A stretch of DNA of 64,000 nucleotides, taken from positions 2,549,404-2,613,403 of the forward strand of contig CAJFCJ010000007.1 of assembly GCA_904063045.1 (NCBI GenBank), given 5' to 3'. The translations under genes were made by a program, and so were the position numbers. Of the stretch, positions 36,550 to 50,700 are shown one piece after another. The notes beneath the pieces were generated by a model. It saw only the letters and a list, made by a program, of their open reading frames with translations, made no database searches and had not been told where the DNA came from. The stretch comes from Dimorphilus gyrociliatus. Its lineage: Eukaryota; Animalia; Annelida. The first letter of the stretch is position 1. Every line of letters begins with the position of its first letter.

Positions 36550-37784
36550 TGTCTTTGATGTTTTACTCCTGGTTGGGTAGTGTATGAACGACCTGTCGTC
36601 CCGGAACTTGACCTTGCAGATAGTGAAACTTGACGAAGAGTTTAAACAGGAAGTTATTGGAATATACTATCGCCACCTGACGGATGGGAGGTCAATAAAT
36701 GAAAATTAGCAGTCCACCCACCACGAACGCCACTATCTAACACTTTTCATTGTTATCTTTTAAAAAAAAATCTCATATACGTATATTCTAACTATACAGA
36801 TGTAGTTGCTATTGCGTTAGATCAGGCTCGTATTAAGGACGCATGCGCCTTATGCGAAATCTAACACAGCCGTTCCTGTTTGAATCAAAAATAATTACAA
36901 ATAATTATAAACAGAATTTCGATAATAAAAAAATGTGTTACTTTCAAAGTTTTTGTTTGATCGACCATTTATAGATATAAAAAAAATGCTTTTAGTCTGA
37001 TACGAAATCTGAATCGACGTCATACTTCCCGATTTAGATCCCACTCAATCCGTAAATACTTATCATTTCATACTTCATTTGGCCTACGAATGATTCATTT
37101 CATTGAACTGTTATACAATAAGAAATACGCAGTTGGTGATTCTCAATTCTTATTCATTGAATTTCTGACAATAATTCCTTTTTAGTCTAACAGAGCTTAT
37201 TAGTTTTAATCAAAGATTAACTTGCTGAAAGATATTTAAATTATATTTAACTAAAAAGATGAAGTTGCGTTGAGTAGAATCAAGCAAAAGATAAACTTTT
37301 GTTCGACTTATAAAAATATGGTAGAATAATGTCAACATACATAAGTTTACATTCTCTTTTTTGGAAAAAATGTATTACCAACTGCTAAAAGATGTAGGTC
37401 AGGAGAATGATCTATAGCCTATTATAAAATATTCAATTAACGCTATTATCTTTTTGCATAACTGAATTTACGAGTAGCAAATTCCTGTTTTTGGATTATA
37501 ACAGTTTCTTCCTTACTGTTTTTTTTCTACTTGTTGTCTTTCATTAAATAAAGAGGAAATGTTGCCTATTCGGTTGTTGAGTTTGCAATCCTATCGTTGA
37601 GATTCAAGTTACCTGGAATAAGAGTGCCCTTGAACCAAATAAACTGTGAAATTTATGTGTCGGGTGGAGTTGTCATAATTGTTTCTTTTTTTTTTTTAAT
37701 TTAAATCCTTAGTTAACATCGTTATATTTACATCTTCAGTATAAACAACTTTTTAAATTTATATGTTAAGTTTATATAACAAAG

Positions 37785-38254
37785 TTAATCCTTCATTTCT
37801 CCTTCTTCGTGCTCGTCATCAGCACCACGAATGTGTAAAACATTATTGCATCTAATGAGAACCTCTCCTAGATTTCCTGAAAGTGCTCCATCAATATATT
37901 CCTCGGTATTGTCGAGCTAAATGAAAAACACGTAATCAACGTAAACAAATTTCGTTATAATCGCGTACCTGAAGGTTCATATAGCCGTCAACGGCAACCA
38001 GAAAGCCTTTATATTCCATACCCCATTTTAATTTTACAATAACGGGCTTCCCAGTCAAGTTGTTTAAAAAGGGTTTAGGGTTAACTGGCATAACCTGTTT
38101 TACGAAATAAAAAATCAGTTGAAAATCGGTTAAAATATTTCATTTTCTCTTGGCAATTGTACTATCTAGTGTATATGATAAGACCGGGTGATCAATATGC
38201 CAATTACGTTACGTTTTCAAATTAGAAATTAGATGAAGTACTTACACCAGACAT
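37785..38254 (-). CDS. SNRPF: Small nuclear ribonucleoprotein Sm F
   Basis: MSG|[42 protein letters not shown]|[10 protein letters not shown]...[14 protein letters not shown]; too short for the ORF track. Confidence 0.97.
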
Positions 38255-38472
38255 TTTTGGAGGATTTTATCACGAGCGGCGTCTAAAAGCGCTATAATAA
38301 CGATAATAAATGCTTGTTTTCGTATAAAGGTATGGCATTGTGATCAAGAATGATTTTTTGTCTTTTATCAGATTTCTATTAATGGAATAAATGAAATACA
38401 CTGATCAACGATTAATTTTTATTTAATAAAATAAAATTATGCGAGATGAAAATGTAGGTGCGGAGTTACACT

Positions 38473-38486
38473 AATACCATGGATAC
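38473..38486 (+). promoter_or_regulatory. Imperfect RFX X-box upstream of HYDIN
   Basis: AATACC-AT-GGATAC about 250 nt upstream of the HYDIN ATG; motile-cilia genes are typical RFX targets. Confidence 0.4.
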
Positions 38487-38734
38487 GGAACGCTTATGTT
38501 TTCTTATAAACAATATTTTACCGTGAAAGTATTAAGTTGTAATATTTGGTTGATTAAATTTGGTTGATTTATGCAAGAAAAACGACAAAAGATTTCTTGC
38601 TCTGAGTTCGTTTGAAAGAACATAAGCAAACGCAGTCTTTTTTATATAAAAAAAGTGTTATCTTTCCCGGGTTGCTGATTAAGTTTACTTCTTGTGAATT
38701 TTTTGTATATTAACAAGGAAAGACACAAACCAAA

Positions 38735-41700
38735 ATGCCAATCGGACCTCTCGGAGAAATTTTAGGTACCACAGGTACTCTGGATACACTCAGTGAAAAA
38801 GCGAAAAACTATAAAAGTAAAGTTATCGCTCCCAGAAATCCTAAACTTGTTAGAGAAGGAGAGGATGAATTTAAAGTATTTAAATGTTCTTTTTGTTAAT
38901 ATTATAGACTCTAAATCGAATATTTTTGTAAAATATATAGATGAAACCATCACAATTCATGTTCACAATGGCAATGGATACAAAGGAAAGATTACAAAAT
39001 ATGCATACGATGAAAGTTCCTCCAAAGATTGAATTATTAGATATGTCTGAAACAACTCATCAAAAGGTATTGTTTACAAATGCTTATGTTTAAAAACAAA
39101 ACAAACAAACATCTACAAAAAAAGTCTGAATTAATACGTTTTTTCTTATATGAAATTTATTATAAAAGGAATCAAAAAAAAGTAGAGTTGTACAAAAACC
39201 GGTAAACATATATGGATATATTAATATCTGCACAATGTTTCTTATAAAACATACTATATATTTATTAAAGATATATTTATATAAATGTAGAATAAAATCT
39301 GCATGACGATAATGAAAAATTGGTACTTGTCTGCATCTTGATGTAAACGAATGAATTATTATTCTATTATCTGTGAACAAAAAAACGAAAAAAAGAGACT
39401 CTTATCATTTTATTCTTCTTTGTTTTTGTTTGCATGTTTGTAATGATTAAAAAAAAATGACTTGTTTTTGCATGTTTCATTATTTTCACGTATTAATTAA
39501 AATTGCTGTTTATTAATTAATTATTACTTTTTTTAGGTTTCAACGGTTAATATTGATGAACCTATCTTTCAACCTTTTCCTTCGGAGGTTATATTTCAAA
39601 ATTTCACACCAGGAGATTCATATGAAATTCCACTTATTTTACGAAATAATGATAAGGTTTTATCAGTGTTTGTCATTTGCTTTATATGAGTTTAATATTA
39701 ATTTTTTTCAGGTTCCAAGGCTTGTTAAGGTTACTTGCGTCGACTCTCCATATTTCAAAATAATTAGTCCAAACAACGTCGGAGATAAAGTGGGCGCTGG
39801 TTTACCAACAACCTTTCAGATACAATTTTTTCCAGAACAAAATGTAGACTACCGACACGAATTAATATGCGTTACTGAAAGAGAAAAGTTTAAAGTTCCG
39901 ATAAGAGCAATTGGAGCGAGAGCTATGCTTGATTTCCCCGATGAAATTATATTCCCGAAAGCTCCTGTTAAATATTCATCTACTCAAACTATACTTGTAA
40001 GAAATACTGGAAAGAAATCAGCTAATTTCTCCCTAACAACTGAGGCGTGAGTTTTTTCATCTTTCAATTTGATCGTAATTGAATAACCTATAAATATGCA
40101 ATGATTTTTAGGCCTTTTTCCGTATCACCAACCTACAGTTCGTTAGATGTTAATGAAAGTATGCAGATAGAAATTTATCACAAATCAAATTCAATTGGAG
40201 ATAGTGAAGGAGAATTGATACTTTCCTATGATACAGGTTATTTAGAATATGGGGAGGAGATGCGAATTTATGATGCTAATTGTCATTATTTTTACTGTTT
40301 AGGAGAGGAATTGTATATATGTCTTAAAGCTCAGTCGGAGGCATCCATGGTTCGATTGGATAAGAATTTAATTCGAATCGAAAAAACGTTTATAACCATG
40401 GCCAATCAAAGGACTATCACAATTTCTAATAGATCGAATGTTATTGCGAATTTCCGGTGGACTGCCTACTTTAGTGAGGATGAGGAAAGATCGGAGAAGG
40501 AGAAATGGGCGATGTTACTGCAATCGGAAGAGAGTAAGGAGAGAGAAAGATGGCATGAGGAAATTGATACGGATCCCTCACTAAAGGACAAGCTAGCGTG
40601 CCTCTCTCGCAGTATCCTTAATAGGAAAAGAGTAAGATTATTTCTTCTAGTATAGTAAAAAGTCATAATTCGTATCTATGAACAGATAATCGAGAACGAC
40701 GAAATGCTTTATGTCGACGACGTACTTAAAGTTGAACCCGTTAAAGGTGAAATATGGCCAAACTCGAGTGCCGAAATAACAATTACTTTCAAACCGGAAA
40801 GGGCTGAGATTTATTCAAGACCCCTTTTCTGCGATGTAACTGGTAGGGAACAACGATTGGGTCTGAAAGTTATTGGAGAAGGAGTAGGTCCTAACGTTGA
40901 ATTGTCTTTCGAGAAATTGGATGTTGGTAATATATTTATTGGATCCAGCCATTCCTATGAAGTCATTTTGGCGAATAAAGGAGATATTGATGCTATTTAT
41001 ACTATTGAGGAATCTAAGAGCAAATTCGGAAGGTATATATTCTTTAACCTTTGGAGTAAAGTACCCTGTAAACATGCATACAATCTTTCAGATTATTTAG
41101 CTTTAATCCAATGGAGGGCATCGTTATGCCAAATGGTCATCAAGCTATTGTTATCAGTTTTTCATCAATGAATCTGGGCGATTTTAGAGAAATTTTCACC
41201 TTTCAAATTGATGGTTCGAACGATCCTTTACAATTAGTTGTTGAGTAAGTCCTATCCTTTGTTTTTTCGATAGTACTTGGCGTTTTTGCTATCGTTCTTA
41301 TACAATATATATTACTTATTATAGGGGTTCTGTTATTGGACAAACGTTTAATTTTGACAAACCAAGTTTGGACTTTGGCCTAGTTTCATTTGGTAAATTT
41401 ATATTTTATCTTTAAACCTATGTTATCAAATTTTCTTCATTTTACTTAACTAGGGTTCAAATATTCGCAAAAAGTTGTGTTGGATAATACATCATTGGTT
41501 CCCATGACTTATAAATTGAGAATTGCCGAAGATGGTACAAGTGACGCTGTTGAAGCCACAAATAAATATGCAATTTTAACTTTCGATACCAAGTCGAATG
41601 AACCTTTAAGAGAGTTTTGGATAACTCCGGCCAAAGGGACGATAAGAGCTTTGGGCCGTCAGGAAATAACTGTTACAATGTGCTCAAATACAGTTAAACC

Positions 41701-44700
41701 ATACGAGTATCACCTAATCGTTGATGTTGAGAGAGTAGGAGAAGATATACTCCATATACCAATTACTGCCGAGTAAATATCCCTATCATATTATTCCTAA
41801 CACTTTTCAAATTTTCCATTTATGTCCATCATCCAGATGCTTAGTACCGAATGTTATGCTACTAACGCCAATTCTGGAATACGGAAGATGCTTTCTACGT
41901 CATCCTTATGAGCATCACGTTATATTGAAAAATGACAGTGATCTTCCAGCTGTTTATGACTTATTACCGCAAAAGAAAATGTCAATTGGAAATCAAGATG
42001 ATGATGAAGAATATTTTCCCTTGACTTATACAAGTCCCAATCCAAAAGCTGTTATTGAACCTCATACCACTGTTGAAATACCATTAATCGTCACTCCTCA
42101 GGAATTGGAAGAGATATGCGTCATCTCTAATTTTATGATTTTTGGAGACCCTGACAATCTTCTGGTGAGTTGATTATCAAAAAAAATAAAAAAAGAAAAG
42201 GATTTCCGTCATTAAGCGTAATTTGTATCCTTTTTACAGAATGTACAAATTGATTGTATAGGAGAGGGACCAGTTGTACATATTTCTCCTCTAAGTTTGG
42301 ATTGGGGAACGATACCTGTTCTGAAAAAAATTGAAAAAACGATTACACTATCTAATGAAAGTTTAATTACTGCAAAATTTTATGGCCAGATGGTAATGAG
42401 AATGAGTCCAAAGCAGTTTAGCGCTTGGGAAGTTTCTCCTGAAAAGGGAGAGGTTCCTCCTCAATCAACAATCGAATTAACCTTAACAGCCTGCTTGAAT
42501 GATTGTGTACCGTAAGTTTTCTTTAGCTTTTTTTTTTATCTATTCATTGAATGAGTATTTCATACGAATACCAACTCTTATAGATTCAACGATAGTCTTC
42601 ATCTATGCATAGAAGATGGACCAAGCCCAAAAATACCAGTTCAAGCTACAGGCTTTGGAACAACAATAGTTGTTGATCCTCCAATTTGTCCCAGTTTAAA
42701 CTTGGGTCCAAACTTTTGTGTATGTATACTTCTATATATTATTTTATTGCAGTTTTTATGTGAAGAAAATACATAAATAATTACAGTCGGATATATCCTT
42801 GGCTACTGGAAAACCTGTACAGAGAACCTTCAGATTAACTAATGCTGGAAGAAGGCATCAAACTCTAATATGGAGTACTGATGGTTTTAATTATATCAAA
42901 CCCGTCAGTAAGGCCTACAGACCTCCAGAATATTTGGATAAAGACGTTAAATTTAAAGTAATAGACAATATATTATAATTGTTGTTTCTGAACAAATTAA
43001 CAATGAGCGTCTCTTTTAAATGAACAGAATAAACCACCACCTCCGCCACCACCACAACCCGTTTTTAAATTTTCTCCCCATAGAATGGACCTAGAACCAG
43101 GTGAAAGTATAGATATGTTCATGGAGGGAACAATTTCAGAGTAAGCTGTATTTTACCTTTTAAGGAAAAGATTTGTCTAATTCTATTAAAAAAAAACCTT
43201 AAAACAGACCAAAGACAATCAAGGAGAAGTTGCTTTGTCATGCAATCATCGGGAAAAGAGGCGGAAAGGAACTAATTCTGAAATCAAATATTATTTGCGA
43301 ATTTATTGCTCCTCTCGTTAAATTTTCAACGGATAGAATTGAATTCAGAATAGATAAATCTACCGATGATGAACTTGCCTCTGAGAGGAAAACGTTGATT
43401 ATGGAAAATACTTCAAGTTTACCTTTGAATATCAGTGTGAAAATAGCTTATCCTTTCCAGTTGGTTGGAGAAGATGAACTTCTTTATTCCGAAAGAAAAA
43501 TCAATTTGGGTCTAGGAGAATCAAAATGTTTAACAGTAAACTTTGATCCTTGCTTTGAAGAGGATCTTCATATTAGAAGTGTGGCTGAAGAAATGATAAT
43601 TACATATGATGAACATCCTCATATTGACAAAGTAGAATTGAAGGGCGAAGTTAACTTTGCAAATTTGGCTTTTGAAAGACAAGTAATCGATTTTGGATGT
43701 ATCCTTAATGATACGGAAGTAACTAGATATGTAAATATGACAAACGTATCTCCTATGATCGTAAATTATAAGTGGGTGTTTTTATTTGATGATGATACAT
43801 CTATTGGATATATTGAACCACCTCGTCGACTTACTCCTTCACCCATAGAGGCTTTAGAAGATGCCCAGGAGCAAGCTCCAATCGATGATTGCGAAGACGA
43901 TAAGATAATGCCAGAAGAAGAGCCTGTTTTTGATAACGATTATCGCCCTCAATCAAATCAAGAAGTACCACAATTGGAACTTGAAGGAGAAGCAATATTG
44001 GTACCAACTCCACGTTCTAAATCTTCATCAAGTATGAAAAGATCTGTTGCTGAGCGGTCATCATCTGCCGCAGTTTCCATCAAAGATGCTCCAGATATTC
44101 ACGATATTGATGAAAGAGCTCCTACTCCCGTTCCTAGAACACCTACTCCCGAAGTTAACCCCGTCCTGGATTCTATACTGAATACAAATGATGAGTTTAA
44201 AAAAGATCTTGGCTTGGAGGAAATCTTTGACATTCTTCCACTTTACGGTTCAATAAAGCCAGGAGATACTGAACAAGTAACCCTAACCTTTTTCGGGCAT
44301 GGAGATATAAGCTGCAGAGCAAAAGCATTATGTATCGTTGAAGGAGGACCAACTTATGAGCTTCAATTGAATGGAGAAGCTTCACTTATATCTTATTCCT
44401 TCGATTGCCTTGATATCGATTTCGGGAAACAGATGTATAACGAAGTAGCAAGGACTGAAATTATTTTACAAAACACTGGAAGAGTCGGATTTGAATATCA
44501 AACAATAGGCGTAGACGAATCAATGGTAAAAAGACCACCACCATCCACGCCAGTCCTTTCTCCGCCTAGTGGCTATATAGAACCCTGCTCCTCGAAAACT
44601 TTATCTGTTCTTTTCTTACCTGGTATTCCATCGAAATTCCAGCAAACATTCCAAATACAAATTGCCCATCTTGAACCGGAAACTGTAAATATCTATGCAG

Positions 44701-47700
44701 AAGGTGTCTTTCCAAGAGTATCCGTCGACTTACCCAAGCAAATAAATGATAAGGAGAAATATGATGATTACTATAAGCTAGCAAGCTCCAATTTGGAAGC
44801 GCAGACTTTCGAATTTCAAATGATTCAGAAGGAAGATGACAGTGCTTCTCTTATTCACTTGCAAGAATCGAATCTAACCGATCTTGACATTCAAATGGAA
44901 ATAGAACGTCTAGTTGTTGAAGATTTTGCCACAGATCAATATAAGAAACTATCTCGTTCTACAACAAACGTTTTAACTCTCGATCCAACTCCACCGGCTC
45001 AGTCTCAGGAGAGTTCTCGTAGTAGTCGGAGTCGAAAACCCAAATTGGAAAAGCCGCTTTTACCCGAATATTTACTTGATTTTGGCTACGTTATTTTGGG
45101 AAGAATAGAGCAAAGAGTTGTAAGAGTTACAAATAGCGGTTACTTTCCGGTTTCATTCAAAATAGATGAATCAAATCTAAGTCCGAAAGGATTTAAGGTA
45201 GATAATAGAATAGTAAGAAATATTCCAGGAGCCCCTGATCACGAATGGATAGATATACAAGTGACGTTTGATCCCAGAGCTGCAAATTTAGACTTGGGAC
45301 TAGTAGAAGGCCAGATCTTACTAAATATTGCTCATGGTCCAAACGTCCTTATTGTTGCCAAGGCCAGCGTAACAATGCCCGATTTAAAATTATCTGCAGA
45401 TGTTCTTGACTTTGAAAATGTCCTTTGCGGTCAATGTAAAGTCATTACAGTACAATTGCACAATGCCGAACACGTTGCTTGTGAATGGAGTGCATATCCA
45501 GCAGAAAAGAAAGATGAAAGAAAATCACATAGGCATGTTCCCATGCATTTGAGAAGAAAAATTCGAAATGAACCGAAAAAACCTCCTACTTTTGAAATGA
45601 TTCCTCCTTTCGGAACAATTGAACCAGGTCAAAGATATAATGCCCAACTAAAATTTATGCCGTGTGACGAAAAAGATTATGAACAGAGAATTGTATTCAA
45701 ATTAGAACAAAGTTCCAAAAAAGCCATGCTTTTAGCTAAGGGTAGAGGATTGGAACCTAAAATAGAATTCTCTAAAGCCTTGATACACTTTGGTCCTATT
45801 TTACCCCATTCTAGTGGGGATGAACAAGATGTCGAGGTTAAAAATCCTTGCGATTTCCCTATTGAAATTTATAATTTGGAATATGATAAAATTTATCTAC
45901 AAGACGAGAAAATACTTCGTTTACAACAAGGCTATGATGAATACGAAACTATCCTTTTGCCACCAAGAGAACATGGCGAAAAATTGCCCTTAGAATTGAC
46001 AGAGTATTATGATAACCAAATGAAAAAATTGGAAGAAGCTGATAAAGCTAGAAAGGACGCTCAGGAAAGAGCTGCAATGGCTGAAGAGGATAAAGAAGAA
46101 GCTTCCCCTGAGGCTGGCGGAGAAAAGCAAGCCGATCAAAAACCTAAAGATGATAAGGATAAGAAAGGAAAGAAAAAATTAAAGAGTGTCAGTGACATTA
46201 AGAGTATTAGGAGTTCTGAAGAGGAGAAGAAAGATAGTGTTGAAGAAACGAAGAAAACTGCCGATGATAAAGAAGGTCTACCATCCAGACCAATGACATC
46301 AGTGACGGCAGTTGAAAGTCTGACTCACGGAAAAAGTGATGAATTCGAAGAAACAGCAGTAACTAAAGCTCTAAGCCGTCACCTTGGCATTGATCTTTCC
46401 AAAGAAGGTAGAGCTAATAGAAATAGGAGAGGAATTGCCATTATAGTCCATGGAGCTCCACTTTCAGGTAGATGAAGAAGTAAGATAATTAATTACCTTT
46501 TAACGTCCAATTTTCAATAACAGGAAAATCATCAACCGCAACATGCCTTGCTAGAAAGTACGAGGCAGCATTAATAAGTATTGATCAAGTTATCATGGAA
46601 GCTATTGCTCAAGGAAACAGTCCCCATGCCTTGAAAGCCAGAGAACTTTGCCAACAAGCGGCTCAAGCTGAAGCTCTAAGACTAGAGGCCGAAGCTAACG
46701 CTGATAAAACAACAGCCGGCGCTGGATTATCAATGGAGGCTGTTGCTGCTCACACAGTTCAACAAGGTTTGCTTACAGAGATCTGCTTTACGCAAAAGAA
46801 TTTTGCTTAAGATCTAATGTTTTTTTTCTTAAGAGTTAGCTATATGTACTTTTATTCGCTTTGGTGTGATACTAAAAATAGTATTAATTACTAATTAACC
46901 TGTTAATTGATTATTTTTGTCCAAAGATCGGAGATACTTTTGAAAGTTTGCTCTTATTTAACCTTTATGGATTTGAAGTTTTCGACTTCATAATTCTTCA
47001 TCAAAGCGAATAATTTATTTCCTCTTTGTTTTTTTTTCTCTCTCTTCTTTGGCTAACGCCAGTATCCATAGGTCAAGTTGCGATGGCTCATGTTGCTGCT
47101 CAAAGTATCGTCTCCGGACAGAAGAGTACGATTTTAACCGAAAAGGGTAAAAGGGGTACAGTTAATTCTAAGGGAGCCGGAACTGGCCAGCAACAACAAG
47201 GCGCTGAAAGCAGTAGTCAAGTTCCTTCTTCTCCTCAACCTTTACCTGGACCAATTGCCAGAAAGTTAAGCATTAGTGCAAGTGTTGTTGGAGATGAGGG
47301 CGTACTAAGTACCGTCCTACCAGATGATGTCGTTGTTAATATATTATCAGATCGACTTATGCTCACTGATTGTCAGAAGGGAATTGTATTTGACGGACTG
47401 GAAACACTCTTCTGCCAAAATATGGTGTCGGCTTGCTTGAATGTTTTGAAAGCAATTAATAATCGCAAATATCTATATTTCGTTACTCTTAAGCATACCT
47501 ATCAAATGCTTAAGGAGACAAAGAAGAAATGCGAGGAGGAGAGGGCAAAGAGAGCTAAGGAAAAGGAAGATGAGGAGCAAAGAAGACTTGAAGAAATGTC
47601 GGAAGATGAATATGACGCTCTAAATGAAGAAGAGAAAGCTGCAATTGATCAAAAAAGACTTGTAATAAAGAAAGAACGTTTAAGAAAGTGAGTCTACTTT

Positions 47701-50700
47701 TGTTTTACTTAATTAATTATTAATAATAATGTGAAATTTAGGGAGAGAGAACGTCTAGAGAAGGAGAAGAGGGAAAGAGAGGAAAGAGAAGCAGAATTAA
47801 GAAGAATAGAGGAGGAAAATAAAAAGAAAAAGAAAAAGGGTGGTAAAGATGCTAAGGACGATAAAGATGCTCGAAAGGGAAAAGTCGAATCATCCAAGTC
47901 TCAAGAGCGAATAAAGGATCTGAAATCTCAAGCCGGATCCAAAGCTCATGATGAAAAAGCAGAAAGGCCAACTTCACAACAAACTGAAAGAATGGATTCT
48001 GGCGATGCTGATGTTAAAAAGAAGAAATCTAAGACTTCTACTAATCAAGCCCCAGATAAACGACCCGGTACCAATGAAGGAAGAGAATCACCTCTCCAGC
48101 CTGTTGAACAAGAGCTTTCACCCAAAGAAATAAAAGAAAGAGAAGCCGACCTACTTTTACAACAACGATTCAGAACCTTTGAAGTTTGCTTTAAGGATAT
48201 AACAGAAAAGGTTGACTGTTGGGATCGAACAAAGGGTGTTATTCGACCTCCAACACCTGATCCACATATGACACAGGACGAGTCAATAGCTCATCCGCCA
48301 TCGGGTAAGAAAGGAAAGAAGAAAGATCGTTCAAGAACAGTTGCCGAAAAGGTTCCTCCCAAGGACACTGAAATAAAGGAGGGTCAGGATCATCAGTCTC
48401 ACGATGGAACTGATTCTCATGCAGATATGACTGAGGAAGAAAAGAAAGAAAAGAAACTAGAAGAAGGTATTGGTATGCCCTCTTGCCAGATGGAATTCCT
48501 CGAAAACGGGAAGTGCATTGCCGATAGAGTTCTTGAATGGGAAAAGTGGCCAAGCAAGAATGAGATTTTGGACGGACTTGGTTTGGGTCCTAATGGACCA
48601 GCTATTCCACCGGCCACTCTATTTTCTGTTGTACCATATCCAGTTAAGAGAACTGCTCCACCAGGAGCGGATCAAGGAAATTACATATTTGTCGCATCTT
48701 CTTCTGATGATCCGTAAGTTTTATTATTGTGCTTTTGTTGACAAATAACTATGATAAATGAACTTTTCATTAAAAAATATAGGAACGTCATTACCGAAAG
48801 ATCTCAAGAAGAAACCACTGAGGATACTGATAAACCAATGACTCCTGAACCGATTAAGACGGATCGTGAGACTGGAACAAAATCAAGAAAATCCAGAAAG
48901 GATAAAGATACTTTAGACACAGACGAACCGAAGAAAGGCAAAAAGAGAAATACTAGTGCAAAAAAGAACAGAAGACCATCCACTCAAGGATTAAGTGTAT
49001 CTCCGTCTGCTACTCCTACAATGTCGGAGGCAGATAGTCAAATTGAAAATCCCAACACTGCTGAATCCAGAACGCCCAAGTTGAATAACTTCCGTTGGAT
49101 AATACCTCCAAAAGGAAAGGTGAATTTGAGAATTCGCTTCAGAACTGAAGAACGTGGTCAGTTCGATCAAACATTGAATTTTGAAATTGTTGGAACCAGA
49201 CGAAAGTACTCTCTATATTGCAGAGGTGTAACGGATTATCCAACAATCTGTAGAGAGCCACGTGTTGTTTTTCCTTCTCGATTAAAGAGCAAAAAACCTG
49301 ATGAAGTTGTCACTAAAAAGTACATATTATCGGCAGAAACCTTTGAATTTGGTCCTCTTTTGGCCGGAAAATCTAGAGAACGATACAAAGAAGGACGTTA
49401 TCCAGAGAATATGGAGATATTGACAATTTCTAATACTTCCCCAATGTTTGCCCAAGTTTCTTTCTGTTTTAGGTATGACTCAAAAGCTGATACCTATTTA
49501 TTGGATCCTCCAACTATGGAATTAAAACCTGGAGCTAGTCAAACTCTCTGTATTTGGGCCTATCCTAAAGAGAAAGGAGAATTCCGCGATGAACTGGTTT
49601 GCTGTATACGCGATAATCCTGAACCAGTTAGATTCAAGTTGCTCTGCTACGGAGAAAGGCCAGAGTTGGAGATTGAGAAAAAATCAATACAGTTCGAAAG
49701 AGTTCTCTTGCACAGAAGAGATGACAAGACAATATTCTTGAGAAATATGACAAGACTACCAGTTAAATGGCGTTTAAGCGGTCTAGAAACCCTTGGAGAT
49801 GATTTCTCCGTATCCCAGGCAGAGGGTATTATTGAACCAAGAGGAAATTTCACTCTGGTTGCATACTTTAGAGCATTGAAAGCGGTCGTCACAACAAAAA
49901 AGTCAATTAGATTAGAGGTAATGGATGTTGATAATATTATTGGTCTAGTACAAACAGAGAATATTCAAGTACATGCCGAAGCTTATGATGTTGCTTTGGA
50001 TGTAAGTTTTCCCAAAGGAACAGAAGGTGGACTTGACTTTGAAACAATAAGAGTTAACGACGAAATGAAACAAACTTGCACACTAAAGAATAAAGGAAAA
50101 TACGATATTGAATACGAATTTATACTTCAAAAAACACCGAAATGTCCACCGGAAGTATGCAATTATTTCAATATTCAACCGCCAAAGGGTCGACTCACTT
50201 CGTCTGATAGACCTGCCCAAGTTCAAGTAACTTTCAAGCCACCAAAAGAAATTATAATTCAAGAAGAAAGTATCCTTTTATGTAAAATTATTGAACCAAA
50301 CGTCGTAAAAGGAGGTGAACCAATAGCTCACATACCGATAAGAATATCTGCAAAGAGCGTTTATTCTAAATATACAATCTCTCCAACGGGCGATATCAAT
50401 TTTGGATCTATGAATATTAATTCAAAGAAGACAAGAACGTTTACGATAAAGAATGATGGTGATAAGTTCGAATTTAAATTCCAAATAATGAGAATGTCAA
50501 AGATTGATTCGCAAGCTCCATCCAACTCAGTTGGTCCAAAACCTGATACTAAAAAGTAAGTTTAAATTCGAGATTTTTTCTTTTTTTTTTGTTTCCTTCG
50601 ATTGCTTTTTCATTATCGCATAAATGATCAGAGTAAGCAGAAAGGAAAAATCGAGAGAAGGTTCTGGCTCTGGAAAATCAGCCGTTAGGGCTAGCAAACG

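Noticed and set aside
39090-39380. 96-aa - strand ORF nested in HYDIN intron 2
   Set aside because: AT-rich, low-information translation from an alternative start, with no motifs or clear splice support.
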